From the NCBI GenBank assembly GCA_050733215.1, contig JBOHSN010000002.1:3933-67932 (forward strand): a DNA stretch of 64,000 nt. Reading direction: 5' to 3'. The position numbers were made by a program, and so were the translations under genes. Origin of the DNA: Gemmatimonadales bacterium. GTDB lineage: Bacteria; Gemmatimonadota; Gemmatimonadetes; Gemmatimonadales; GWC2-71-9. Of the stretch, positions 36,401-45,092 are shown piece by piece. Below the pieces are notes generated by a model. The model saw only the letters and a program-made list of their open reading frames with translations. It searched no databases and was not told the origin of the DNA. Each line of letters starts with the position of its first letter. Within the stretch, counting starts at the first letter, position 1.

Positions 36401-36514
36401 GTACCCGATCGCGCCGAACAGCACCAGCGCCAGACTGACCATGCTGGCAAAGACGGGGCGCCGGATCGAGATATCAGAGATTTTCATGGGGGCGGGCTCC
36501 TCGAGACCCGGCAT
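33410..36514 (-). CDS. RND efflux permease (AcrB/HAE1-like)
   Basis: 1034 aa with a 12-TM architecture and two large periplasmic loops. N-terminus ISIRRPVFASMVSLALVLFG. Confidence 0.95.
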   Translation of the reverse strand: MPGLEEPAPMKISDISIRRPVFASMVSLALVLFGAIGYTRLSVREYPDVDPPIVSVTTVLPGANPQVVESAVTDILEEELSTVEGLRTLTSASQEQVSNITLEFNLDRDVEAAAQDVRDKVSRVRDRLPEDVDEPVVAKQEADANPFFWLALSGENYDLLQLSDIGDRLVKSRLQTLPGVGQARIFGERRFSMRVWLSASELAARSLTVQDVEEAIRTRNVEIPGGRIESERREFTVRSLGELKTPAEFAELVVSSRSGQLVKLKDIARVELGAEDERSVLRFNQRPAVAIGVIRQSKANIIQVADAIHAELPAIQRSLPPGVRIDPAFDQSVYVKRSILEAQHTLLIAGGLVVIIIFVFLRNLRATIIPGLAIPASIVATFAVMYFLGFSINNLTLLALTLAIGIVVDDAIIVLENAYRHQEELGEDPKTAAREGTREIGFAVVATTICLIAVFTPLAFLTGSTGRLFNEFGIAVAGSVAVSGLVALTLTPMLCAQILRVPKSHGRVYRSLERGFDAMSTGYAWLLDRALHLRWAVVLGALALLVGAGVVFKALKREFIPPEDRGWFISFLIAPEGSSLGYTDSYQQQAEAVLAKTEGIEGFFSVVNIGDGVSRGIIFVNLEDWSKRTRKVGEIVGEVQGQFFAIPGVFAFANNPPAFGWGSPVQYVVQHSDFAQLAKAADTLTARARGIKGLLNVDTDLRVNKPELTVSFDRDRAEDLGVPVGNVAATLQTMLGGREVSTFTRANKLYDVIVQLSPEARATPSDMTGLYVRGRDDQLIKLDAVANITEGVGPRELNHFNRVRSFTLTASLGPGFTLGEALDSLNRVAAEVLPRGSTTALAGESRELEESGGALYFAFVLALVVVFMVLASQFESLVHPFTVLLAVPLAVTGALVTLLLAGSTINLYSQIGMILLIGLVTKNSILLVEYANQLKERGLDTLAAVREAGRIRLRPILMTSVSTIMGALPIALGLGAGAASRRPLGYAIVGGVLVSTILTLFLVPVVYVLFDRARERVHARRPALAPSPAAAEAE

Positions 36515-36565
36515 ACTACGGCGGGGACGGCGGGGAGATTCAGCGCGCGCGTGCGATCAGGTAGA

Positions 36566-36593
36566 TTGACACACGTCCCTCCTCAGGTACTAT
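36566..36593 (+). promoter_or_regulatory. Near-consensus sigma70 promoter
   Basis: TTGACA-N16-TACTAT. The -10 element overlaps the ATG at 36592. Confidence 0.4.
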
Positions 36594-36966
36594 GGCCGCT
36601 CCGAAGCTGAGTTCGCGCCAGCAGGCCCAACTCGTGTTCCTGCAAACGCTTCCGCCGAAGTTCCAGCGGATCCACTCGGTTGTGGAGCAGATGGCCTCCA
36701 TGCGGGTGGACGACACCATCGTACGCAACTTCATCCGTGGGCTCGACGAGCTCAAGGCCGCCTCGGCGGGCCTGAACCTCACGTCGCTGGCGGACACCGC
36801 CGGGCTCATGGCCACCATGGCCCGCCGCGGTGGTGGACTCCAGATGAAGGTGCGGGGTCTGCGCGAGCTGCTGACAGGTCTGAAGATCAACTACGAAGGG
36901 GCGCTCCGGCAGGCAACCACCCCGGAAGCCACCGAGGAGCGGCACCCGGGTCCGGGAGAGGGTTAG
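36592..36966 (+). CDS. Hypothetical protein (true start possibly downstream)
   Basis: 124 aa with high GC3, helical and soluble. See the promoter conflict above. An in-frame ATG at codon 34 is the alternative start. Confidence 0.65.
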   Translation: MAAPKLSSRQQAQLVFLQTLPPKFQRIHSVVEQMASMRVDDTIVRNFIRGLDELKAASAGLNLTSLADTAGLMATMARRGGGLQMKVRGLRELLTGLKINYEGALRQATTPEATEERHPGPGEG

Positions 36967-37121
36967 CGCTGCCGGCGTGCCACCAGCCGGTCCACGACGG
37001 GCCCCGAGATGAGCACGCCCATCGCGTTGACCACCATGCCGATGAGCAACGAGACGAACGTCAGAGCGAAGAGAATCGCCCCCGCGCCGATGGCCGCGAA
37101 CAGCACGCCGAACCAGTACAC
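36963..37121 (-). CDS. Small hydrophobic membrane protein (52 aa)
   Basis: My own translation from GTG 37121, with GGAGA upstream: VYWFGVLFAAIGAGAILFALTFVSLLIGMVVNAMGVLISGPVVDRLVARRQR*. It predicts two TM helices and has high GC3. Confidence 0.4.
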   Translation of the reverse strand: MYWFGVLFAAIGAGAILFALTFVSLLIGMVVNAMGVLISGPVVDRLVARRQR

Positions 37122-37219
37122 GCTCGATCTCCGGTGAAAGCAGGGACAACCGCGGCTGGTAGATTAGCCGACCACCGGAGCCGTCGCAACCGCTGCCGCC
37201 CACCTTCTTGAGGTGCCTT

Positions 37220-37888
37220 ATGCGCCCCATCGCCCTCACACTCACACTCACACTCACACTCGCTGCCACCGCCCAAGCGCAGAACAAGCCGGCCAAGGCC
37301 AGCGCCGACCCCGATCGCAGCGTCGCGGGCGGGGGTTCGCTGCCCCGCGGGTGGAGCGCCCGCACCGATGCCAAGGGCAAGGAAGCCGACATCAGGTTCG
37401 TCGTGATGGATCCGGGTTGGCACGTTACGCTCGGCCCCCCGGCGCTGCTGTGGCGCGCCACCGACAAGGCGGAGGCCGGCTTCACGGCCACGGCGCTGCT
37501 CAGCCAGACCACCGCGCCGAAGCACCCGGAAGGGTACGGCATTTTCGTTGGCGGACAGAGCCTCGAGGCCGACCCGCAACAGAAGTACACCTACTTCCTC
37601 ATCCGCGGCGACGGCAAATACCTCATCAAGAAGCGGGACGGCGCCAACGTGACCAACCTCATCTCGGCATGGACGCCGCATCCCGCGATCGTGAAGCAGG
37701 GACCCACGGGCGAGGCCACGAACCGGCTCGAGGTCACGATGGACAATACCCGGCTCGTCTTCCGGGTGAACGGCAAGGAGGTCTACTCGGCCGATCCCCG
37801 GCTCATCGACACGAAGGGCATCGCGGGACTTCGGGTGAACCACAATCTGGACCTGCACGTGCAGAGCTTCGACGTGAAGAAGCTGTAG
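37220..37888 (+). CDS. Secreted concanavalin/LamG-like (DUF1080-like) protein
   Basis: ATG at 37220 with GAGGTG upstream. Signal peptide MRPIALTLTLTLTLAATAQAQ and a beta-sandwich-like body (..GIAGLRVNHNLDLHVQSFDV). Confidence 0.8.
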   Translation: MRPIALTLTLTLTLAATAQAQNKPAKASADPDRSVAGGGSLPRGWSARTDAKGKEADIRFVVMDPGWHVTLGPPALLWRATDKAEAGFTATALLSQTTAPKHPEGYGIFVGGQSLEADPQQKYTYFLIRGDGKYLIKKRDGANVTNLISAWTPHPAIVKQGPTGEATNRLEVTMDNTRLVFRVNGKEVYSADPRLIDTKGIAGLRVNHNLDLHVQSFDVKKL

Positions 37889-37900
37889 CGGCGACCGGGG

Positions 37901-39355
37901 CTAGCCCGCGCTGGGCTTGAGCATGGCCAGCGCGTCTAATGCCGCTGTCCGCACGGCGCCCTGGGCCTCGCGCGCCACCCGCTCGAGCGCGCCGGCGGCG
38001 TGTCCCGAATCGGCATGGGCCAGCGCGCGCACCGCCTCGAGCCGCTGGCCCTTCGAGTAGCCCCCGCCGGTGAGCGCTCGCCGGGACAGGGCGATGGTGG
38101 CGAGCGCCGCGCACGATTCCGCCGTACCGATGGCGGCGAGCGCGCCCGCCATCGCCCGCCAAGCCGTTCCCTCCCGCTCCGTCTCGAGGGCTGCGACGAT
38201 CGGCATCGCGAAGCCTGCCACCCGCCGCCCGCCGATGGCATCGGCCGCCGCCGCTCGCGTGGCCCCGGAGGGGTGGGTGAGCGCAGCATGAAGCCCGTCG
38301 CCCGCCTCGGACGGCGGATACTCGGCCAACGCGTGGACGGCGGCGGATCGGACCCGCGGATCGACGTGGTCGAGGAGCGGCCGCAGGAGGGGCAGCGCCT
38401 CCGCCCTCCCCATCCGCCCCAGAATGCCGGCGGCGTGATGCACCTCATGCCAGGTGGGGCTCGACAACAACGGCACCACCGCGGCGTAGGCATCCGGAAG
38501 ACCGCCGAGCGCGTCATGCAGGAAGCGGCGCGCGCCAACGACCTCGCTCTTGCAGACCGCGTCCAGCATGACGTCGATGCCATCCGACCCGGCCCAGCGC
38601 AGCACCTCCACCGTACGCGCCCGGTCGGCGGGATCGCGCAGCGCGTGCTCCACGAACGCCGCGAGCACGCCGCGGGAGAGTTGTCGCCGGGTCACGATGC
38701 CGAAGGTCCGGCGCTCCATGGCGGGCACCCGCGGCGCGAGATCGATGAGCGCCTGCGCATGTTCCAGTGCCTCGCTCCAGGCACCACCCGCGGCCGCGCG
38801 CCCGAGCCGCGCGCCGACCTCCCCGATGTCCGCTTCCTGTTGCTTGAGCAGCCGGAGCCGCCGTTCACCAGTCTGCCGCCGGTCCGACTCGCGGCGGCGA
38901 TCGCGACCGGTGAATCGACGGCCGTTCCACTGACGGCGCTCGGTGTGCCGCCGGCGCTCGCCGTCGGCGCGCGCCGAACTGACGGACGGCGGCTGAGCCG
39001 CTGGGGCCGAGCCCGGCGCTGCGACCGGGAACTGTTCGAGCTCGATGCCGGCTGCGGGCACCACCGGCGTGCCGTCGTGAGACAATGCACGGGCGAGCAC
39101 AAGCAGCTCGGCCGGAGCGGCGGCCGGGCTCACCCGCAGCACATCGACGTATCGCGCCCGCATCCGACCCTGGAGCGTCAGGTCCTCTCCCGCTCCACCG
39201 CGGTCGAAACCCGCCTCGACCGTGACCGGGCCGTCCGCGACCGCCTGGAGCGCGGCCGACAACGCGAGCTCCTGCGCAGCATCGTTGCCCGGGTCCACGC
39301 GAAGGAGGGCGACCAGGTGGCCGAATCGGGCGATGAATGTCTCGGTGGCGTTCAT
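37901..39355 (-). CDS. HEAT-repeat protein with Arg-rich central linker
   Basis: Start at MNATETF (ATG 39355). C-terminal HEAT-like repeats (DPRVRSAAVHALAEY.., TRAAAADAIGG..) and a central RRHTERRQWNGRRFTGRDRRRESDRRQTGERR. Confidence 0.8.
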   Translation of the reverse strand: MNATETFIARFGHLVALLRVDPGNDAAQELALSAALQAVADGPVTVEAGFDRGGAGEDLTLQGRMRARYVDVLRVSPAAAPAELLVLARALSHDGTPVVPAAGIELEQFPVAAPGSAPAAQPPSVSSARADGERRRHTERRQWNGRRFTGRDRRRESDRRQTGERRLRLLKQQEADIGEVGARLGRAAAGGAWSEALEHAQALIDLAPRVPAMERRTFGIVTRRQLSRGVLAAFVEHALRDPADRARTVEVLRWAGSDGIDVMLDAVCKSEVVGARRFLHDALGGLPDAYAAVVPLLSSPTWHEVHHAAGILGRMGRAEALPLLRPLLDHVDPRVRSAAVHALAEYPPSEAGDGLHAALTHPSGATRAAAADAIGGRRVAGFAMPIVAALETEREGTAWRAMAGALAAIGTAESCAALATIALSRRALTGGGYSKGQRLEAVRALAHADSGHAAGALERVAREAQGAVRTAALDALAMLKPSAG

Positions 39356-39537
39356 TCGATGGCGGGTGGGGATAAGAGGGACCCGAAGGTGCACCGTTCA
39401 TACCAAACTGGGCATATCGGACCGACGGCGCAAATCGGCGCCGCGATGGAGCCTAGGAGCGCATCGATTGCCGCGAACGGCGGTAGTTGTACCTAATACC
39501 TCGTTGCGCTTCCGCCCCGCCCGGGTATCCTACGGCC

Positions 39538-41322
39538 ATGGGCGCCCAGGTCGCCGCTACTGCTGACTCCGAACTCTCGGCCGCGCTGCTCCAGGGCGTC
39601 ATCACCGCCGCGCTCGCCGTGCTCTGCTGGTTCCTGTACCGGCGCTATCGCAAGCCGTACCTGGCCTGGTGGAGCGGCGCCTGGGCCCTCTACGTTCTGC
39701 GGCTGGTCGCCATCGCCAGCTTCCTGCTGACCGAGGATCGCCGCTGGCTCTACTGGCATCAGGTGGTCACCGGTTGGACTGCCCTCGCGCTGCTCGGCGC
39801 GGCGCTGGTGTTCTCCCGCGGATTCCGGTGGCGCTGGCGGTACCTGCCGTTCGCGCTCTTCCCTCCGCTCTGGTCGTACGTGGCCATCTATCGCATCGAC
39901 GACTTCGGCTGGGCGGCCGGACCGGCGGTCGGATTTCTCAGTCTGGCTACGCTGTGGACCGGGTGGGTCTTCTTCTCCTACCATCGGCGGGTGGGCTCCA
40001 GCGGCGCGGCGTTGCTCGCCGTGGCCTTCGGCCTATGGGGATTGCACCATCTCGACTATCCGTTTCTTCGCGCGCGCGGCGCATGGACGCCGTGGGGCTA
40101 CTATCTGGACCTGCTGTTCGCGCTCGCCGTGGGGGCGGGCATCCTGCTCCTCGTGCTTGACGACCTGCGACGCGGGCTCGGAGCCCTCGCCGCGCTCTCG
40201 GCGGACCTTCAGCCCCGCGGACGCAACCGCGCAGTGCTCGACGTACTGCTGGAGCGGCCGCTCACCCTCCCCGCCGTGACCGGCAGCGCGCTCTATCTGC
40301 TCGGGGAACGGGGCGGACGCTTCGTCGGCGGCGCCGGCGCTTGCGCGAGCTGGCCGGCAACCGAGCCGTCGGGCCCGGCCGCCAAGGTCGTGGCGGAGGC
40401 GATCGCTACCGGACGCCCGCGGCTCGCCGCCGACTGGCCCGGACCCAACCCGACGGTCTCCGCGCCGCACCCGTACGCCGCGGTGTTGCCGGTCTCCAGC
40501 GGCACCGCCGTGACCGGGGCGCTGGTGATCGTCGGTGAGGCGCGCGACCCGTTCGCCGCGCTGGACGAGGACTTCCTGGTTGCGCTCGGGCGGCAGGTGG
40601 GCGCGGCGCTCGAGAATGCAGAGCTGTACGAGCGGCTCGAGGCGCGCACCCGGGAGCTCGAACGGCTCTCGGCCCGGATGGTCGAGCAGCACGAGGACGA
40701 GCGCCGGCGCCTCTCCCGCGAGCTGCACGATGAGACCGCCCAGCTCTTCTCCGCCGTGAAGATGGAGCTCGCCCTGTTGCGCGACACCGCCGCGCCGGAC
40801 GTCGCGGCGCGGCTCGAGCGGTCGCTCGCGCTGGTGGACGCCGGCATTCGGAGCATCCGGCGTGTGACCCACGATCTCCGGCCCACGCTGCTCGACGACC
40901 TCGGCCTGCTGCCCGCGCTGCGCTCGCTCGTGACCGAATTCGCCGAGCGGAGTGGTACCGCAGTGGAGCTCGTCGCACCCGCCGCGCTGCCCGCGCTCGC
41001 CAAGGATGCCGAGCTCGCGGTCTTCCGCGCGCTCCAGGAGGCGCTCGCGAACGTGGCACGCCACGCGGGCGCCCGAGCCGTCCGGGTGGCGATCCGCGCG
41101 GATGATCGCGGCGCGGTCACGCTGGAGGTGCGGGACGACGGGCGGGGACTCCCTCCGGGCAGCGAGCGACGCACCTTCGAGCGCGCGGGTCACATGGGAC
41201 TCGCCGGCATGCGCGAGCGCATCGCCGCACTCGGCGGCCGGGTAGACCTCGAGAGCCGGCCGGGAAGCGGCTTGACGCTGTGCGTGTATCTGCCCGCCGG
41301 CACCGCCGGAGCTCCCGCGTGA
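39538..41322 (+). CDS. Membrane sensor histidine kinase (multi-TM, GAF, HisKA_3, HATPase)
   Basis: Start at ATG 39538. About 6 TM helices, H-box ELHDETAQLFSAVKMEL and HATPase motifs (NVARHAGA.., DDGRGL, GLAGMRERI). Confidence 0.9.
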   Translation: MGAQVAATADSELSAALLQGVITAALAVLCWFLYRRYRKPYLAWWSGAWALYVLRLVAIASFLLTEDRRWLYWHQVVTGWTALALLGAALVFSRGFRWRWRYLPFALFPPLWSYVAIYRIDDFGWAAGPAVGFLSLATLWTGWVFFSYHRRVGSSGAALLAVAFGLWGLHHLDYPFLRARGAWTPWGYYLDLLFALAVGAGILLLVLDDLRRGLGALAALSADLQPRGRNRAVLDVLLERPLTLPAVTGSALYLLGERGGRFVGGAGACASWPATEPSGPAAKVVAEAIATGRPRLAADWPGPNPTVSAPHPYAAVLPVSSGTAVTGALVIVGEARDPFAALDEDFLVALGRQVGAALENAELYERLEARTRELERLSARMVEQHEDERRRLSRELHDETAQLFSAVKMELALLRDTAAPDVAARLERSLALVDAGIRSIRRVTHDLRPTLLDDLGLLPALRSLVTEFAERSGTAVELVAPAALPALAKDAELAVFRALQEALANVARHAGARAVRVAIRADDRGAVTLEVRDDGRGLPPGSERRTFERAGHMGLAGMRERIAALGGRVDLESRPGSGLTLCVYLPAGTAGAPA

Positions 41323-41999
41323 GCGCCGGGGTGATCCGTGTACTCGTGGCGGACGATCACGGCGTGGTGCGCGAGGGAATCCGACACGTGCTTCAGGGCG
41401 AGCCGGGTTTCGAAGTCGTGGCGGAGGCGGCGAACGGCGCGGATGCCATGGCGCTGGCGGAGGCGCTCCGCCCCGACGTTGTGGTGCTGGACATCTCCAT
41501 GCCGGGGGAGTCGGGGCTCGCGCTGGCGGCACGCATCAGGGAACGCCTGCCCGAGATCCGCGTACTGATGCTCAGCATGCACGACCATCCCGAGTACGTG
41601 CTGGAGAGCGTGCGCGCGGGGGCGCACGGCTATTTGCTCAAGGAGACGGCGGCCACGGAGCTGCGCCGCGCCGTCCGGGCGGTGGACGAAGGCGAGGCAT
41701 TCTACAGTCCGCCGGTGGCCCGGCAGTTGAGCGACGCGGTGCGGGGCGAGCTTGCCCGCGAGCGACGCACCAGCGACCTGGGGACGCTGTCGCACCGGGA
41801 GCGCGAGGTGCTGCGGGGTATCGCCCGCGGCCAGACCAACAAGGAGATCGCGACCGAGCTCGGTATCAGCCATCGCACAGTCGAGACCCATCGCGAGAGC
41901 CTGATGCGCAAGCTCAGGATCCGGACCGTAGCGGGACTGACGCGGTTTGCGCTGGAGCTCGGGCTGGTCGATGGGCAGATGGGCGGCGCCGCTCCCTAG
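41319..41999 (+). CDS. NarL/LuxR-family response regulator
   Basis: The GTG overlaps the kinase stop (GTGA). REC domain (IRVLVADDHGVVREG..VVVLDISMPG) plus LuxR HTH (LSHREREVLRGIARGQTNKEIATELGISHRTVETHR). Confidence 0.92.
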   Translation: MSAGVIRVLVADDHGVVREGIRHVLQGEPGFEVVAEAANGADAMALAEALRPDVVVLDISMPGESGLALAARIRERLPEIRVLMLSMHDHPEYVLESVRAGAHGYLLKETAATELRRAVRAVDEGEAFYSPPVARQLSDAVRGELARERRTSDLGTLSHREREVLRGIARGQTNKEIATELGISHRTVETHRESLMRKLRIRTVAGLTRFALELGLVDGQMGGAAP

Positions 42000-42044
42000 T
42001 CTGTCCTCTGTCCCTCTGTCCCACCGCCCCTCTACTATTGACTC

Positions 42045-43133
42045 ATGCCCAGAGTGAAGACCGGCATCGTCATGATGAACCTCGGCGGGCCGGCCACGCT
42101 GGACCAGGTCGAGCCGTTTCTGCTCGAGCTCTTCGCCGACCGTGAGATCATTCAACTGCCGGTGCAGGACTGGCTCGGACCGTTCATCGTGCGGCGCCGC
42201 GCGCCGAAAGTTCGCAAGCACTACGCCGAGATCGGGGGCGGGTCGCCGATCCTGCGCCACACCGAGGCCCAGGGCCGCGGGATGGTCGAGCGGCTCGACC
42301 GGCTCTCGCCGGAGACCGCACCGCACGGGTTTTACGTGGCGTTCCGCTATGTCCAGCCGCGCAGCGACGACGCGCTCCGCGCCATGCAGGCTGACGGCGT
42401 CGAGCGCGCCGTGGCCTTCACGCAGTATCCCCACTTCTCCTGCAGCACCACGGGATCGAGCCTCAACGAGCTCTGGCGCGCCGCGCGCCGGCTCGGACTG
42501 GCAAGCGCGTTCGAATGGAGCCTCGTCGATCGCTGGCCCGTGCACGAGGGATTCATTGGCGCGATGGCGGAGACCGTACGGGATGGGCTGGCGGAATTCC
42601 CGTCCGGGGAGCGGGACAAAGCCCTGCTGCTATTCAGCGCGCACTCACTCCCACTCCAGTTCATTGACCGCGGCGATCCGTATCCGCAGGAAGTCGGCGC
42701 CACCGTCCACCGCGTGATGGAGCGGCTCGGGTTCTCGCACCCCTACCTGCTCGCGTATCAGTCGGAGGTGGGACCGCTCCGGTGGCTTGGCCCCAGCACC
42801 GCACGGGTGATCCGGAGCCTCGGTGCGCGGGGGCAGAAGCACGTGCTCGTGATCCCCGTGGCGTTCACGAGCGATCACATCGAGACGCTCTATGAGCTCG
42901 ACCGTGAGTACGGCGATCTCGCCCGCGAGGTCGGCATGACCTGGTACCGGCGGGCGCCCGCGCTGAACGAGCGGCCCGCGTTCCTCGATGCGCTGGCCGA
43001 CATCGTCCAGGAGCATCTCGCGAGCGGCGCGCTGCACAGCTCGCAGTATCCGCTGCGCTGTGCAGGGTGCGTGAACCCCGAATGTCGGAAGCTGCTGAAC
43101 CCGGTAGGCGTGGCCGCGCAGTCCGCCCGCTAA
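42045..43133 (+). CDS. hemH: Ferrochelatase
   Basis: 362 aa with GIVMMNLGGP, YPHFSCSTTGSS, and FSAHSLP followed by SDHIETLYELD. Confidence 0.92.
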   Translation: MPRVKTGIVMMNLGGPATLDQVEPFLLELFADREIIQLPVQDWLGPFIVRRRAPKVRKHYAEIGGGSPILRHTEAQGRGMVERLDRLSPETAPHGFYVAFRYVQPRSDDALRAMQADGVERAVAFTQYPHFSCSTTGSSLNELWRAARRLGLASAFEWSLVDRWPVHEGFIGAMAETVRDGLAEFPSGERDKALLLFSAHSLPLQFIDRGDPYPQEVGATVHRVMERLGFSHPYLLAYQSEVGPLRWLGPSTARVIRSLGARGQKHVLVIPVAFTSDHIETLYELDREYGDLAREVGMTWYRRAPALNERPAFLDALADIVQEHLASGALHSSQYPLRCAGCVNPECRKLLNPVGVAAQSAR

Positions 43134-44335
43134 CGCTCCCACATCGTCCGGCTGGCGGGATACAACAGCCGGCGCGCCAGCCGTTCCGCCATCCGCCGCA
43201 CCACCGCGCTCTTCTCCTCTGACAGCGCGCCCAGCTCGGCCAGCGCACGCTCCGCTTCCTCGCGGGCGAGCACCGCACCGAAACGGTGCAGCTCCGCCAG
43301 CTCGGGGGAGGCCGCGCGGCGGTGCAGCGCCCGGTCGAGTCTCGCGAGCTCCCGCTCCAGAATGCGGCCGACCTCCTCGAGCGCGGGGGCAGCAGGCCCG
43401 ACCGCCGGGCAGTGCTGGAGCCTGAGGTCGTCGAGATCGAACAGGCGCACGCCCGCAACGTCGCGCGCGGCGGGCTCGATGTTCCGCGGAACGCCGAGGT
43501 CGAGCACGACGAGTCCACGATCCGGGCGGCTCGCCATGATACGCGTGAGCGCGGCGGCATCGAGCACGGGGCGGCGCGATCCGATCGCGGCGAATACGAG
43601 ATCGGCGGCCGACATCTCGTCCGCCAGACGGTCCCAGCCGGCCGTCTGCGCGTTCGCGCCCGGCACGGCGGCGGCAAGCCTGGCGCCCCGCTCCCGCCGT
43701 CGGCTGAGCACCGCAACCCGAGCCGCACCGCGGCCTTCGAGGGCGCGAAGCACGCCCCCCGCCACTTCACCCGCTCCCAGCACCAGCACCAGGACGCCGG
43801 CAAGCGATCCGCCCAGGCAGCGCGCGGCATGCTCCAGCGCGGCGCCGCTCACCGAAGCGGGATGCCGGCCCAGCATCGTGTCGCGGCGCGCTCGACGTCC
43901 CGCTGCCAGGGCCGCCGCGAACGCGAGGTCGAGCTCCCACGTGGTGGCGCCCGCGGCGGCAGCCAGCTGGTGCGCCCGGCGCACCTGGCCCAGGATCTCG
44001 AGCTCGCCTACGACCTGTGAATCCAGACCAGCGGCCACCGTGAACAGATGGCGGAGCGCCGCCGGCCCGTCGCGCCGGTAAAGCAGCGGGCAGTCGAGCG
44101 CGACCCCGCGTTCGGCCGCGAGCCGGCGGAGGTGCGGCTCCTGGTCAGCGTCGCCCCACCAGTAAAGCTCGAGACGGTTGCAGGTGGAGAGCAGGATGAG
44201 CGAGCGTCCAGCGGCCGCCTCGACTTCGAGGCGGCGGGCCATGTCGTCCGCCGACAGCGCCAGGCGCTCGCGGACCCCGACATCGGCTGTATGGTGGCTG
44301 ATTCCAACGAGATGAGCGGACGGGGGGCGGGACAT
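43130..44335 (-). CDS. hemA: Glutamyl-tRNA reductase
   Basis: 401 aa with LSTCNRLELYW (catalytic Cys) and the NADPH GxGxxG motif (VLVLGAGEVAG). Its stop overlaps the hemH stop (CTAA). Confidence 0.9.
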   Translation of the reverse strand: MSRPPSAHLVGISHHTADVGVRERLALSADDMARRLEVEAAAGRSLILLSTCNRLELYWWGDADQEPHLRRLAAERGVALDCPLLYRRDGPAALRHLFTVAAGLDSQVVGELEILGQVRRAHQLAAAAGATTWELDLAFAAALAAGRRARRDTMLGRHPASVSGAALEHAARCLGGSLAGVLVLVLGAGEVAGGVLRALEGRGAARVAVLSRRRERGARLAAAVPGANAQTAGWDRLADEMSAADLVFAAIGSRRPVLDAAALTRIMASRPDRGLVVLDLGVPRNIEPAARDVAGVRLFDLDDLRLQHCPAVGPAAPALEEVGRILERELARLDRALHRRAASPELAELHRFGAVLAREEAERALAELGALSEEKSAVVRRMAERLARRLLYPASRTMWER

Positions 44336-44456
44336 GGCCTGAAGGCTACGGCCCGGGGGTCACGGGTGCAATCCGCGCGCTTCCGGAAGACACCTCAGTA
44401 ATACTACGGACCCCCGCCCCGGAGAATCCCTCGGGGCGTGGGCACGCAGCTGCGGC

Positions 44457-44915
44457 TTAGCTCACCTTGACCTGGATCTCGCGTGGACGGGCGCGCTCGA
44501 CCTTCGGGAGGTGGATCGTGAGCACCCCGTTGTCGTACCGGGCCTCGGCGCGCTCGGCTTCCACCGTGTTCGGCAGGGCGAACGACCGCTCGAACATGCC
44601 GTACGCGCGCTCGTACCGGTGCACGCGCTCGGTCTTCTCCTCCGCCACCTGCTTCTTCTCGCCCCGCAGGGTGAGCACGTTGTTCTCGATCGAGAGCTTG
44701 ACGTCCTCGGGCTTCACGCCGGGCAGCTCGGCGATGATCTTCACGGAGTCCTTGTCCTCGAACACGTCCACCGCGGGCGTCCAGGCTGCGGTGAGCGCGC
44801 GGTTCTCTTCCCGCTGGAACGGCCAGGTAGTGAACGGATCGTCGAGAATGCTGTTCAGGCGGCGCAGACCCGGGAACGGATCCGTCGCACGCCGATTGGT
44901 CAGATAGACCGACAT
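44457..44915 (-). CDS. Hsp20/alpha-crystallin small heat-shock protein
   Basis: 152 aa. WTPAVDVFEDKDSVKIIAELPGVKPEDVKLSIENNVLTLRGEK...GVLTIHLPK. Confidence 0.93.
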   Translation of the reverse strand: MSVYLTNRRATDPFPGLRRLNSILDDPFTTWPFQREENRALTAAWTPAVDVFEDKDSVKIIAELPGVKPEDVKLSIENNVLTLRGEKKQVAEEKTERVHRYERAYGMFERSFALPNTVEAERAEARYDNGVLTIHLPKVERARPREIQVKVS

Positions 44916-45092
44916 GGTATTGCCTCCTGATGCTTATTGGGTTTGGCTGACTCAGGCGATCGGACATCCGATTGGCCGACACCACGTCTATATGCAGCGC
45001 CCATGCCCACTTGCAGGCCCACAATTCGGTCATTCTGACCGACTCTGCGCTGGGTTTGCAGATTCGGCTGCAATTTTGACCGCGGCCCACTG

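Noticed and set aside
41968-42035. Another inverted tandem-repeat element (GATGGGCA GATGGGCG ... TCTGTCC TCTGTCCC TCTGTCCCA) after the NarL gene
   Set aside because: The two arrays are not complementary (about 5 of 8 per unit). I treat them as two independent simple repeats and do not count them in the family.
43130-43133. hemH/hemA convergent genes sharing overlapping stop codons (CTAA)
   Set aside because: The overlap is real but is a trivial consequence of compact gene packing. No functional inference is warranted.
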